Notes: generated from the sequence alone by a model not told the origin. Shown: positions 1-14,114, counted from the first letter of the whole stretch. The stretch is DNA of 62,510 nt, filler included, from Chiloscyllium plagiosum (GCF_004010195.1; 4 parts of one record of this genome joined end to end with filler, not necessarily neighbours in it); one strand, 5' to 3'. Program-made: numbers and translations.

Positions 1-2088
1 TCCTTCCACATCCTTCCCGAAATATGGGGACCAGAACTGTGAACAGTATTCCAAGTGTGGCCGCACGAGTGTATTGTATATTTGCAGCATGATATTGTGG
101 CTCTGGAACTCAATTTCTCTACCAATGAAATCAAACACACCGAATGTCTTCTTAACAGCACTAAACACCTGGGTGGCAACTTTCAGGGATCTATGTACAT
201 GGACACCAAGATCCCTCTGCACATCCACATCACCAATAATGTTTCCATATACCCAGAAGTCAGCTTTCGTGTTGTTCTTCCAAAAGAGCATCACCTCACA
301 TTTAGCTGGATTGAACGCCATTTTCCACCTTTCACCCAAATCTGCAGCTTATCCAAGTCCCCCACAACCTGTAACGTGCTTCCAAACTGTCCACTACTCC
401 AACGATCTTAGTGTCATCTGCAAATTTACTGATCCATCCACTTACGCCTGCCCCTAAGTAATTTATAAAAATGACAAACAGCAGTGGTCCAAAAACAGAT
501 CCTTGTGGCACTCCACCAGTAAACAGCCTCCAGGCTGTATATTTTCCATCAAACACCACTCGCTGCTTGTTTTCAGAAAGCCAGATTCTAATCGAAACTG
601 TTAAATCACTTTCAATCCCATGCTTGTGCATATTCTCAACATGTGGAATATTATCAACGGCCTTACTGAAGTCTATGTATACCACGTCAACTGCCCTACC
701 TTCATCTGCATGTTTGGTTACTCTCTGAAAAAAATCTCAGTGAGGTTGTGAGACACGACCTGCCCTTGACAAAACCATGTTAAAAATCCGATATAAAATT
801 ATTGCTTGCTAGATTATGATAAATCTTATCTCTTATACTCTTTTCCAAAACCTTCCCTACATCAGAAGTAAGACTTTCTGGTCTGTAATTGCCTGGGGCA
901 TCTCTACTGCTCTTCTTTAGCAATGGCACAACATTTGCAATTCTCCAATCCTCTGGTACTAAACCTGTAGACAACGACGACTCTAATATCAATGCCAACG
1001 CCTCTGTTATCTCGTCCCTAGCTTCCTAGAGAATCCTCAGATGAATCCCATCTGGCCCAGGGGACTTGTCTACTTTCACTCCTTCTTGAAATGAAAATGG
1101 AAGTTCGTAACTAACTTCGATCCTTTCTAGTCTAACATCTCGTATCTCTTTCTTCTCCTCTGCAATATTCTCCTTTACCGAAATGAAACCCGATAAGAAA
1201 TGTTCGTTTAGCATCTCTCCGATCTCCACAGTGTCTACTCTCAACTTCCCACTTCTGTCTCTGACTGGCCCTATTCATATCCTACTCATCCTTTTCCTCT
1301 TCACATACCTGTAGAAAACTTTAGTGTTCTCATTTATTCTATTTGCTAAAGTCTGCTTGTGTCCTCCCTTAGCTCTTCTTCACTCTCTCTTTAAATCCTT
1401 ACCAGCTGACCTGTAACTCTCCATCGCCTCATCTGAACCATCTTGCCTCATCAACATATAAACCTCCTTCTTCTGCTTAACAATAAATGTAATTTCTGCA
1501 GTAAACCATGGTTTCCCAACCTTATCACTTCCTCCTTGCCTGACAGGGGCATAACTATCAAGGACATGCAATATCCGTTCCTTCAACCAGCTCCACATTT
1601 CTATTGTCTGCATCCCATGCATTTTGCTAGCACATTCTATGCGTCCTAATTCTGGCCTTATCGCATTATAATTGCCCTTGCCCCATCGATAACACTTAGC
1701 CTGTGGCATGTACGTATCCCTGTCCATTGCTAAACTGAACGCAACTGAATTATGGTCACTCTCTCCAAAGTGTTCACCGACAACTAAATCAAACATCTGG
1801 CCTGGTTCATTACCAAGCACCAGATTCAATGTGGCCTCCCCTCTTTTTGGCCCTTCGATGACATTCTGTGTCAGAAACTCTCCTGTACACATTGGACAAA
1901 AAACTGAACAGTCCATTATTCTGGAGGTATAGCATTTTCAGTCAATGTTAAAGTCCCCCATAATGACCACCTTTTTCCTTTCACTCCGACCCAGAATAAT
2001 TTTGCCAATCCTCTCTTCTACCTCCTTGGAACTCTGCGGAGGACTATTGAAAACTCCAACAATGTGACCGCTCCGCTCCTGTTTCTAA
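1..2088 (-). mobile_element. Decayed CR1-clade LINE fragment (ORF2 endonuclease C-terminus through RT), runs off the left edge
   Basis: Minus-strand ORF pieces carry LNLVLGNEPGQ/GESDHNSV (APE endonuclease), KSPGPDGI, EDWRIANVVPL..GNYRP, YIDFSKA, GVPQGSVFGPLLF and SKFADDTK (RT), broken by stops and frameshifts. Confidence 0.93.
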
Positions 2089-4789
2089 CAGCGGGAACCC
2101 CTTGTAAATACCAACACATCATCCCCGTGACTCAGCCTGTAAGTAGGGACATTCTTTGAGGTACACTCCCTGTCAATAACGACACACTCCCTGGGAACCC
2201 CTTCTAAATACCGACACACACCCTGAGACCTGCAAGTGCTGACACACTCCACGGGACCCGCCATAAATACCACCAAACACCCCGGGATCCACCTGTTATA
2301 AGAAAATTAACACTGCATGGACAATCCCTGTGAGTACTGAAACACTCCCCAGAAACCTCCTGCGAACACTGACATAGTCCCCAGGACCCCACATTTAAAT
2401 ACGGACACAGTCCCCGGGGCTCCAACTCTAATTAGGGACACACTCCCTGGGGATGCAACTGTAAGTACCGACACACTCCCTGGGACCCGTATAAATGCTG
2501 ACACACTCAATGGTGCCCCCCTCTGAATATAGACCCACACATTGGTAACCTCCTGTAAATACCAACATAATCCCCGGGACCCCCACTTTTAAACAGACAG
2601 GCTCCCTGGGACCCTCGCTCCCAGCACCTGAAAATACGGTCACTCTTGCCATGACACCTTGTAGTTACTGACACTCAACTGGGACCCTCCCTGCAAGTAC
2701 GGGCCCACACTCTGTGTCCCCCTTTTCAATACTGACAGACTCTCCAGGACACACTCTGTAAATACCGACACACTCTGTAAATACCAACACACTTCCCGGA
2801 ACTGCCCATCGTAAATAACAATACACTCCCTGGGAACCAATTGTAAATGACGACACACTCGCAGAGAGCCCACTGCAAATGCCGACAGACTCACTGGAAC
2901 CCATCTGTAAATACAGACATACTCCCCAGAACCCTGCAAACACAGACAAACTCAATGCCTCCTAACAATTGCTGACATATTCCCTGGGTTCCCCCTGTAA
3001 TACCGACACACTCCTTGGTACCTCCCCTATAAATACAGACACACTCCTGGCACTTTCCAGAAGAAAAAAATCACTGACGCATTCCATGGATTCTCCATGG
3101 AATACCGATAGACTCTCTGGCGCCGGCCATTTAAATACAGATACACTCCTCGGGACGCCGTTTGTAAATACTGACACACATCTTGCAAAACGCCTTTGAT
3201 TACTGACACACTCCTCGTGACCCACTTGTAAATAACGACACATTCACTAGGTCCACACCGTAAATACTAACACGCTTTCTGCATCCCAATGTTAGTATTG
3301 ACACACTCCCCAGGAGACCTCTCTAAATACTGAAACACTCCCTGAGACTCCCTGTAAATACAGGCAGACTCCCCAGGACACAACCTTTAATTGCGGACAC
3401 ATTCCCTGGGACACCCCTGTAACTACTGACACAGTTCCCGGGAACACCTTGTAAATATCCACACACTCAGCCAGTCCCGCTGAAAATCTCCCTGGGACAC
3501 AGCCTGTAAATACAGACACACCCCGTGGGACCACCCATTAAATAACAACACAATCCCTGAGACACCCTGTAAATGATGACACATTCTGTGGGACTCCCTG
3601 TAAATACTGACACTCTCCCTGGCACCTCTCTCCAGTAAATACCGGCATACTCTCCGGGACCGTCTGTAAATACTGACACACTCCCTGTGACCCACTTTGT
3701 ATATACCGACACAACTCCCAGGACCTCCACTTAAGTACCGACGCAATCCCCAGGAACCCCTCTGGTACATACAGCCACACTCCCAGGGAATGTATCCAAA
3801 TACAGACGCAGTCCACTGGAGCCCCTTGTAACTACCAACGCAATTCCTTTGTTCCCCCTGCAATATTGTCACCCATTCCAGGAGCCCCCACTTTAAATAG
3901 AGGCATACTCTGCAAGACACCCTGTCAGTGCTGACACATCCTCTGGACACCCTGTAAATACTAACACACTCCCTCGTAGCCCATCTAAATACCGATACAC
4001 TCCCATGACACCTCGTAAATACTGTCACGCTACTGGGATCCCCTGTAAATACTGACACAAACTCACGAGCCGCCACTGTAAAAACCGACATACTCCATGC
4101 CCCCACATACAAATATGGACAAACTCCCGGGACACCACCAGTAAATACAGTCACACTCCCCTGGAACCTCCCCTGTAAAAACAGTCACATGCCCCGAGAC
4201 CCACAGAAAATACCAACAGACTCCTTGGGACCATACTGTAAATGCAGACACTCTTCCTGTGACTCCCGCTAAATACCAACACATACCCCAGAACCCACCT
4301 ACAAATACTGATTCATTCCCCCAAATGACCGCTGCAAATGGTGACACACTCCCCAGGACCCCCTGTATCTATTGACACACTCCACGTGACCCTTGCCCGT
4401 AACTACCAACATAATCCACGGAATCTCTGTTGTGAATGCACACACTGTCCCCTGTAATTACCAACACATGCTCCGTTCCCTCGTTGAAAATACTGACAAA
4501 TTCATCTTGAAACCCCTGCAATACTGGCGCTCCCCGCGGGACCCAGCCCCCAGTAAATACCAACGCACTCTGCAGAACACCTTGTGTGATTACCGACAGA
4601 ATCCCTTGGAAACCCTTCTAAACATTAATATACTCTGTGTCACCAACCTGTAAATAGCAACACAGTCCTTGGGACCCACTTGTACATTCCGACACATTCT
4701 CCAGTATCCCCTTCTAAAGGCCAACACATTTGCTGGAAGCCCCCAACCTGTAAATATCGACACACTCCTTGGGATCCAACCTGTAAATA

Positions 4790-4981
4790 TAATATGATAG
4801 ACAGTAGGTGCAGGAGTAGGTCATTCTGCACTTGGAGCCAGCGCCACCATTCATTATGATCATGGCTGATCATCCTCAATCAGTAGCCTGTTCCTGCCTT
4901 ATGCCCATAACCCTTGAATCCACTAGCCGTTAGAACTCTGTCCAACTCTTTTTTTTAAAGTATCCAGAGATTTGGCCTCCA
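4790..4981 (-). mobile_element. Short 3'-end fragment of a CR1 LINE inserted in repeat A
   Basis: GCAGGAGTAGGTCATTC..GAGCCAGCGCCACCATTCATTATGATCATGGCTGATC resembles the reverse complement of an elasmobranch CR1 3' UTR; non-satellite composition. Confidence 0.7.
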
Positions 4982-5317
4982 CATGCGGGCACACACCCTG
5001 GGAAACCCCTCTAAATAACAACACACTTCTCTAAATTCTAAGACACTACCCCGGAATCCACTCCCGGTAAGTACCGACACACTCCCGGGATCCGACCTGC
5101 TCACACGGACGCACTCGCCAGGACTGCCTGGAAATAGAGACACACTGCCCTGATCCCTCTTGTAAGTACTGACACCTCCCCCGAGAGACCCCAATACAAA
5201 TACTGACACACTCGCTTGGATCTCTCCTGTAAATACAGACAAATCCGTAGAACCTCTGCTGTAAATGCAGATACAGTCCCCGGTACCCCCCTGTAATTAA
5301 CAACACACTCCCTAGTA

Positions 5318-5453
5318 GGAAGGCATCCTTGTAGAGATGAGTTCGGTGGGGCAGGAGCATTTCTGAAGAAGGGCTTATGCCCGAAACGTCGATTCCCCTG
5401 TTCCCTGGGTGCTGCCTGACCTGCAGGGCTGTTCCAGCAACACATTTTCAGCC
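5318..5453 (+). mobile_element. Mini PLE-terminal insertion with hammerhead motif and 14-bp TSD
   Basis: Matches the terminus of the PLE at 59273-59400; flanked by CACACTCCCTAGTA (5304-5317) and CACATTCTCTAGTA (5454-5467); absent from the paralogous site near 25740-25760. Confidence 0.88.
5363..5390 (+). ncRNA. Minimal type I hammerhead ribozyme motif (PLE type), core intact
   Basis: CTGAAGA-A-GGGC-TTAT-GCCC-GAAAC-GTC gives the CUGANGA box, stem II hairpin, GAAA box, palindromic ACGT stem III and GUC cleavage triplet. Confidence 0.8.
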
Positions 5454-6300
5454 CACATTCTCTAGTACCACACCCAACTTACATCCTGACACACAACCGG
5501 GACCCCTGAATATGCTGACACACACCCGGGATCCCCGCTGTAAATACCGACACAGTGACAGGGAATCCCACTGTAAATACTGGCATACTCCCCAGGTCAC
5601 ATCCCCTCCCCAACTAAATACTTACACACAGCCCAAACCCCCGTGCAAATGCTGACATGCTCCTTGGGAACCCTTGTTAGTTCTGACACACTCTGTAGGA
5701 GCAGCCTGGAATAGTGACACCCTCCCTGGAAACCCTTTATAAATGCTGACACATTCCCAGGGACCCCCACTGTAAAAATTGATATACTCCCCGAAACCTT
5801 CCCCGTAATTATGCACCAACTCCCTGGGACCCCACCAGTAAATACCGAGACACTCCTTGTAACCCTCTGTAAATATTGACACAGTCGTCGAGAACCCACG
5901 TAAACGGTGACACACATCCCATGGGCCCCTTGTAAATACCGAAACACTCCCTGGGTCCTAGCCTGTCAATGCCACTGTCCCCGCCCCCCGTCCCTGCAAA
6001 CACCAAACACTCCCAGGGAAGCTCTGTAAATAGTGACACACTTCCTGGATACTGCCTGTAAATACTGACACACTCCCCAATGCCCTACTGTCAATAACGA
6101 CACACAGAGACCCCTATCTAAATACTGATACTCCCCAGTAGCCCCCTGTAAGTACTGACACATTCTCCGGGATCCCACTGTAAATACCATCACACTCCCT
6201 GAGAAGGTCAGTAGATACCCACACACTTCCCGTGACATCCCCTGGATATAAAACCACACTCACGATGCCTCACCCTGCCAGTGCCCCCCCCAGGTAAATG

Positions 6301-7682
6301 GAACAAAGAACAAAGAAAACTTACAGCACAGCAACAGGCCCTTCAGCCATCCAACTCTGACCCAATCCAAATCCTGCATATATCTATATTTATTGCCCAA
6401 TTCTTAAGCATGTGGGCGGCACGGTGGCTCAGTGGCTACCACTGCTGCCTCACAGCACCAGGGCCGTAGGTTCGATTCCAGCCTCAGGCGACTTTCTGTG
6501 TGCAGTTTGCACATTGCCCCCGTGTCTGCGTGGGTTTCCTCTGGGTGCGACAGTTTTCACCCACAGTCCAAAGATGTGGACTGATGGTCAGGTGAATTGG
6601 CCATGCTAAATTGCCCGTAGTGTTAGGTGCATTAGACAGAGGGAAATGGGTCTTGTGGGTTATTCTTTGGAGGGTTGGTGTGGACTGGTTGGGCCGAAGG
6701 GCCTGTTTCCACACGGTAGGGAATCTAATCTCTGTAAAAAGTACTTGCTGTATATATCCACCTAAAACTATTCACCGCTCACCTTGCATCCCTCACCCTG
6801 GGAAAGTATCTATATTTACCCTGTCCTCACGTTCATGATTTTGAAGATCTCAATCGGGTTCCCCACACATCTGCTGTTTGCTAATGAAAACAATCTAACC
6901 TACTCAACTTCCCTTCATAGCGGGTACCTTCCAGACCAGATAAGATCCTTGTAAACTTTCTCTGCACACTCTCCAAAGCGTGTAGAGCCTTTTGGTAATG
7001 TGTCGACCAAAACTATATGCAGTACTCTAAATGCAGCCGAACCAATGTGTTGTACAATTTTAACCTGATCTGCCAGTTCTTACACTCAATCCCCCGTCCG
7101 GCGAAAGCAAGCATACCATGTGCATTCTTGACCAGTCTATCCACCTATACAGCCATCTCCAGTGTACAATGGAACTCAGCTCCCAGACGTTTCTGATCAG
7201 CAACTTTACCAAGGCTCTAGCGTTTGTAGTATAGTTTGCTCTCGAATTAGAATTCCTAAAATGCATCACCTCACATTTGTTTTGTGGAACACCATCTGCC
7301 TCTTCTCCGCCCAACTCTCCAGTCTATCTATATTCTCTTGTGTTCTGTAACGTCCCCTATGCTTTTTGCTCCTCCACCAATCTTCATGTCAACTGCGAAC
7401 TTACTGATCAGACCAAAAATGCCCTCTTCCAGATCATTTATATGTATTACAAGCAATTGTGGCTTCAGAACTGAACCCTGTGGAACACCACTGGTCAGCT
7501 TTCTCCATTTTGAGAAACTCCCATCAACGACCATTCTCTGTCTCCTGTTGCTCCACCATTTATTTATCCACCGGGCTAGAACATCCTGCTCACGATGTGA
7601 CTTCATTTTCTCCTTTGACTTACCACGGGGAACCTTATCAAACGCCTTACTAAAGTCCATTTAGATGACAACTATAGCCCTT
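6301..7682 (-). mobile_element. 5'-truncated CR1 LINE (RT C-terminus + 3' UTR) interrupted by a SINE
   Basis: MDFSKAFDKVP, GVPQGSVL, SKFAVDMK and KCEVMHF motifs; GAACAAA tail repeats at 6301; flanked by GTAAATG at 6294-6300 and 7683-7689 (possible TSD). Confidence 0.92.
6414..6732 (+). mobile_element. tRNA-derived SINE (HE1/V-SINE-like)
   Basis: GGGCGGCACGGTGGCTCAGTGG (A box), GGTTCGATTCC (B box), TTTGCACATT..CCCCGTGTCTGCGTGGGTTTCC core and CR1-like tail GGGCCGAAGGGCCTGTTTCC..GAATCTAATCT. Confidence 0.92.
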
Positions 7683-10600
7683 GTAAATGCCAACACACTC
7701 CCCGGGATTCCCTGTGAATACAGACACAGTTGCCGGGTCCTCCGTCGAAATACCGACAGACTCACCAGGACCCACTTGCAAATTCTGACACAGTCCCGCA
7801 CCCACTCCTCTCCCGCATATGTAATAACACAGTCGCCTGTATTCCTATAAATGCTGACATAGTTAACAGTATGGACACACTGTCAGGAATCCCTGTGACT
7901 ATCTATGTAAATACCGACACACTCCTCACATCCCGACTTTGAAAACTGGTGCATCCCTCAGGATCCCCTCTAAATACTGACACATTTCGCGGGAACAACC
8001 AGTAAATATTAACACACTCCCCGGGACACCTCCTGTAAATACTGACACACACCAGGTGGAACTCCTGTCAATACTGACACACTCCCTGAACACACTTGCA
8101 AATTCTGACACAATTTCCTGGACACCCCAGTAAATATTGACACACTTCCCGTGACGCTCCCTGTGAATACTGACATTCTGTCCAGGACGCCATCTAAGTA
8201 CCGAGTTCCCTGGGTACCCCATTTAAATACCGCCACACACCCCAAGGCTCCCCCTGTAAATAGCAACACATTCCCCGTAAACCCCATCATTTCCGACAAA
8301 TTGCCAGGGACCCGACACCACCTCCCAAGTAAATAATGCCACACTCACTGGACACCCAACGTAAATACTGACACGCTCCCCGGGACCCCGACACAATCCC
8401 CAAAATACCCCTGAAAATATTGACACACTTCCTGCCATCTGTCTTAGAATTACGACACAATGCACGGGATGTCCCCTTTAAATCTTGACACTTTCCCCAG
8501 GACCCCACCGTTCAAATGCTGACACACTCACTGGAACATCCCTGAAAGTTCTGACGCATGCCACAGAAACCCCTAATAAATGCAGACAGTTGTCCGGGAA
8601 CACCCCTGTAAATGCCAACACACATCCTGTAAATAACAACACACACAGTCCCCAGGACATCACTGTGAATATTAACAAACTTCCTGGACACCCCTGTAAA
8701 TATTGACACACTGCCCAGGACCATGCCTGTATCATATTACCCATTCCCCGGGGCGTCTTGTAAATACCGACGCATACCTTAGTACCTACCCTCAGACCAC
8801 GGACACAGGATCCCTCTGTGAATGCAGACACACTCCCGGGACAACCTGTGTAAATGCCAAAACACACGACTCCCCTGTGAATACTGACACATTCCCCAGT
8901 GGTCTTATTAAAATGCAGATACAGTCCCCGGGAGTCATCCTGTGAATGTATTTACACTTTTTAGAGCCCCTCGGTAAATTCTGAAAAACTCCCAGGGCAC
9001 CCAAATAAAAGTTGACACACTCCCTGGCAACCCCTGTAAATACCAACAATCTCCCTAGGACAACAGTGTAAATACAAACACAAACCCATGACTTGCATTA
9101 ATACTGGCACAGCCCCTGGGACCCCCGGTAAATATTGAGTCAAGTCCTGGCATCTCCCCTCTAAATCCCAACACAATACCTGGATTTCTGCTGTAAATAC
9201 TTATACAGTATCTGCGACACACCATAAATACCGACACACTCCCCAGGACCCCAATGTAAATAATGACACCCTACCTGGACACCCCTGTAGATACTGACAC
9301 ACACCCCGGAACCAATGGAACTACCAACACATTCCCTAGTACCGCCCCTTTAAATGCAGTCACACTCCCTGGGACACCCCATAAATGCAGATTCTCTACC
9401 TTTTGAACTGCTGGGAAATTATCAACGCAGCCCTGGAACACCCGTGTGAATACCAACATACTCCATGGAAACCCCCGGTAAATATCGACACATCTCCCAC
9501 CTAACTTTTGTGAATATTTACACATCCATCAGGACTGCCCTATAAATAATGGCACACTCCTCGGAACACCCCTGTGAACACTGACACAATCCCCGCATTC
9601 CAGCTATTAATACTGACACTTTCATCAGGACTACCCAATAAATAATGACACACTCCTCAGAACACCCCTGTGAATACAGACACACTGTTAAGGATCGCCC
9701 TGTCAACACTGACACACTACCCGGGCCCCTCTTGTGATTACCGACACACTCCACATGACACCTGGAAATATCGACATGTTCCCCGGGACTCTTGCAAATA
9801 TTGACACACTTCCTGGACCCTTGTAAATAGTATCACACTCTCTGGGACTTCCCTCTAATTACTGGCATACATCCTTGTGCCTCCTCTGTAAATAATGGTA
9901 TGCTCCCCAGAACACTACAAATCAAACTGACACACTCACCAGGACCCCGCTGTAAGTATCAGCAAACTCCCTATGGGCCCAAAAAATACCGCTCAATCCT
10001 CAGGACTCTTCGGAAATACCGTGACACTCCCCGACATCAGCCCACACTCACCAGGACCTCGCTGTAAATATCAGCAAACTCCCTATGGGCCCACCAAAAC
10101 ACCGCACATTCCTGAGGACTCTTCGCAAATACCGTGAAAGTACCCGACATCATCCCTGTAAGAACTGATAGAATCCACGGGATCCACCCGTAAGTACTGA
10201 CACACTTCATGCGAACCTCCTTTAAAATCAAAACAATCCACGGATCCATCCATTAAATACCTTCAGCTCCCCAGGACAACCCTGCAAAATTTGACAAGCT
10301 CGCTGTGAAGTCCAACACAGTCCCTGGGACCACTGCTGCAAATACAAACACAATCTCTGGAATATTCTATAAATACCGATACATTCCCCTTGTCTCCCTC
10401 ATTTCCCAGGGACCCAGCTTTAAATACTGACACACTCACCAGGGCACCTCCTGTAATTACTGACACACACCCCCGGACATTCCTATAAATACTGGCACAC
10501 TCTCCGGGACCACAGTTAATGCTGACATCCTGCCTGAACACCCCAGTTAATGCTGACACACTCCCTCGAGTCCCCTTGTAAATACTGACACACTTTCCGA

Positions 10601-12537
10601 GACCACACTTAAAATGTTGACACCTTGCCTGGACTCCCTGAAAACACTGACACACTCCTCAGTACCTTGCTCTAAATACACACAATTCCTGGGACCTGCC
10701 TGATAATATTGACACACTCACTGGGGCCCCCTTGGAAAAGCAGAAACATTTCCCAGGACCCCCCCCTGAAAATACCAATTCACTCCGTCAGACACATCTG
10801 CAAATACTGATAAATCACCGGGACACACATGTAAATACTGACACAGTCCCTGCGATCACAACTGTACATAAAAACACACTCAACAGGACACACCTGTAAA
10901 TACGGTACACTCCCCAACATACAACTGCAAATATTGACCCATTGCCAGGACAATGCTGAAATGCAGACACAGTCCCCTGGACCACCCATGTAAATACAGA
11001 CACAGTCCCCTGGACCACCCATGTAAATACAGACACACTCTCCAGGACTACCCCATAGATACTGATGCACTCCACAGGACCCCTGGAAATACTGACGCCT
11101 GCCCCGGGACACTCCCCTCCAAATAAATAACGACATACTCTGCAGGAACCCCCTGTAAATAACGACACACTCCCTGGGAACTCCCTGGAAATACTGATGC
11201 ACTCCCTGGCATTCCTTTGTAAATACAGATATACACCTGGGAACATGCCTTTAAATAATGATATACTCCCCGGGACCTCCCTGAAAATAACAACACACTC
11301 ACAAGGAGCCCCAAGTTAAAACACAGACACTTGCCGACTTCTCCCCTGTAAATCCCAGGGACACCCATGTAAATAGCGAAACACTCCCTGAGACCATCCC
11401 CTTCAAATATTGACACAATCCCCATGTCTACCCTATAGTTACCAACACGCTCCGCACGACTGTTCTGTAAGTACACACACGTGCCCCAGAACTCCCCTGT
11501 AAACTCCAATACAGATCCCAGAACCTCCCTGTAAAGACCAACACACTCCCGGCCCTCTCCTGTAAATACTGATACACCCTGGGGGACCTAATGTAAATAC
11601 TGACACACTGCCACGTTCCCCCATATAAATACCAACAAACACTCAGTGACCCAACTGAAAATACACTCTCCGGGACACCCTCTGTGAAAGCAGACACAGT
11701 CCCCGGGAACCCACTGTCAATTCTGACCCTGACATCCATGTAAATGCTGATAAACTTCCCAGGATCTCATTGTAAGTAATAATACACTCCCTGGTCTTCG
11801 CTGTACATGCTGACACTTTCCCTGGACGGTTCCCTCCATATGCTGACACACTCCCGGGATCCCCACTGTAAATACCGACACAGTGCCAGGGACTCCCACT
11901 GTAAATACTGGCATACTCCACAGATCACCCCCCTCCCCAACTACATACTTACACAAAGCCCAAACTCCCGTGCAAATGCTGACATGCTCCTTGGGAACCC
12001 TTGTTAGTTCTGACACACTCTGTGGGAGCAGCCTGGAATAGTGACACCCTCCCCGGAATCCTTTTATAAATGCTGACACATTCCCAGGGATCCCCACTGT
12101 AAAAATTGATATACTCCCCGTAACCTTCCAGTAATTGTGCACCAACACCCTGGGACCCCACCAGTAATTACCGAGACACTCCTTGTCACCCTCTGTAAAT
12201 ATCGACACAGTCCTCGAGAACCCACGTAAACGGTGACACACTCCCCAAAGGCCCCTTGTAAATACCGAAACACTCCCTGGGACCGAGCCTGTCAATGCCA
12301 GTGTCCCCGTCCCCCACCCCCTCACCAACACCAAAACACTCCCAGTGAAGCTCTGTAAATAGCAACACACTTCCTGGATACTGCCTGTAAATACTGACAC
12401 ACTCCCCAGTTCCCCACTGTCAATAACGACACACTTACTGAGACCCCTCTTAAATACTGACACTCCCCAGTAGCCCCAGTAAGTACTGACACATTCGCCG
12501 GGATCCCACTGTAAATACCATCACACTCACTGAGAAG

Positions 12538-12637
12538 CTGAAAATGTGTTGCTGGAAAAGCGCAGCAGGTCAGGCATCATCCAGCGAACAGGGGAATCGA
12601 CGTTTCGGGCATAAGCCCTTCTTCAAGAAACTCTTCT
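12538..12637 (-). mobile_element. Mini PLE-terminal insertion with hammerhead motif (core C3 mutated to T) and 14-bp TSD
   Basis: Reverse complement of 12599-12626 is TTGAAGAAGGGCTTATGCCCGAAACGTC; flanks CACTCACTGAGAAG (12524-12537) and CACTCCATGAGAAG (12638-12651); empty site CACTCCCTGAGAAG at ~6193-6206. Confidence 0.9.
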
Positions 12638-12744
12638 CACTCCATGAGAAGGTCAGTAAATACCCACACACTTCCCGTGACATCGCCTGGGTATAAAACC
12701 ACACTCACCATGCCTCACCCTGCCCGTGCCCCCCCAGGTAAATG

Positions 12745-14114
12745 GAACAAAGAACAAAGAAAACTTACAGCACAGCAACAGGCCCTTCAGCCATCCAACT
12801 CTTACCCAATCCAAATCCTGCATATATCTATATCTATTGCCTAATTCTTAAGCATGTGGTCGGCACGGTGGCTCAGTGGTTACCACTGCTGCCTCACAGC
12901 ACCAGGGCCGTAGATTCGATTGCAGCCTCAGGCGACTGTCTGTGTGCAGTTTGCACATTGCCCCCGTGTCTGCGTGGGTTTCCTCCAGGTGCTACAGTTT
13001 CCTCCCACAATCCAAAGATATGGACTGAAGGTCGGGTGAATTGGCCATGCTAAATTGCCCGTAGTGTTAGGTGCATTAGACAGAGGGAAATGGGTCTTTT
13101 TGGGTTCTTCTTTGGAGGGTTGGTGTGGACTGGTTGGGCAGAAAGGTCTGTTTCCACACTGTAGGGAATCTAATCTCTGTATAAAGTACTTGCTGTATAT
13201 ATCCACCTAAAACTGTTCACCTCTCACCATGAATCCCTCACCCTGGGAAAGAATCCCTATTTACCCTGTCCTCACGTTCATGATTTTGAAGATCTCAATC
13301 GGGTTCCCCACAAATCTGCTTTTTTCTAATGAAAACGATCTTACCTACTCAACCTCTCTTCAAAGCGAGTACCTTCCAGACCAGATAAGATCCTTGTAAA
13401 CTTTCTCTGCACACTCTCCAAAGCGTGTAGACCAAAACTATATGCAGTAATCTAAATGCAGCTGAACCAATGTGTTGTACAATTTTAACATGATCTGCCA
13501 GCTCTTACACTCAGTCCCCCGTCCGGTGAAGGCAAGCATACCATGTGCATTCTTGACCAGTCTATCCACCTGTACAGCCATCTCCAGTGTACAATGGACC
13601 TTAGCTCCCAGACCTTTCTGATCAGCAACTTTTCCAAAGGCTCTTGCGTTTGTAGTATAGTTTGCTCTCGAATTAGAATTCCTAAAATGCATCACCTCAC
13701 ATTTGTTTTGTGGAACTCCGTCTGCCACTTCTCCGCCCAACTCTCCAGACTATCTATATTCTTTTGTGTTCTTTAACTATGCTTTTTGCTATGCTTTTTG
13801 CTACTCCACCAATCTTCATGTCAACTGCGAACTTACTGGTCAGATCAAAAATGCCCTCTTCCAGATCATTTATATATATTACAAGCAATTGTGGCTTCAG
13901 AACTGAACCCTGTAGAACACCACTGGTCAGCTTTCTCCATTTTGAGAAACTCCCATCAACGACCATTCTCTGTCTCCTGTTGCTCCACCAGTTCTTTATC
14001 CACCGGGCTAGAACATCCTGCACACCCTGTGACTTCATTTTCTCCTTTGACTTACCACGGGCAACCTTACCAAAAGCCTTACTAAAGTCCTTGTAGATGA
14101 CAACTATAGCCCTT
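12745..14114 (-). mobile_element. CR1 fragment, duplicate of 6301-7682
   Basis: Same RT motifs and same boundaries as copy 1. Confidence 0.9.
12858..13176 (+). mobile_element. HE1-like SINE, duplicate of 6414-6732
   Basis: A box TGGCTCAGTGG, degenerate B box, same core and tail. Confidence 0.9.

Larger units (their letters stand above)
5505..11835 (+). repeat. Segmental duplication cassette, copy 1 (~6.3 kb: repeat A + CR1 fragment + SINE + repeat A)
   Basis: Colinear with 11836-14587 and 14882-19830, and in reverse complement with part of 21472-26808. Confidence 0.88.

Noticed and set aside
6414..6485. Possible tRNA gene
   Set aside because: A and B boxes continue into a SINE core and LINE-derived tail; no complete cloverleaf
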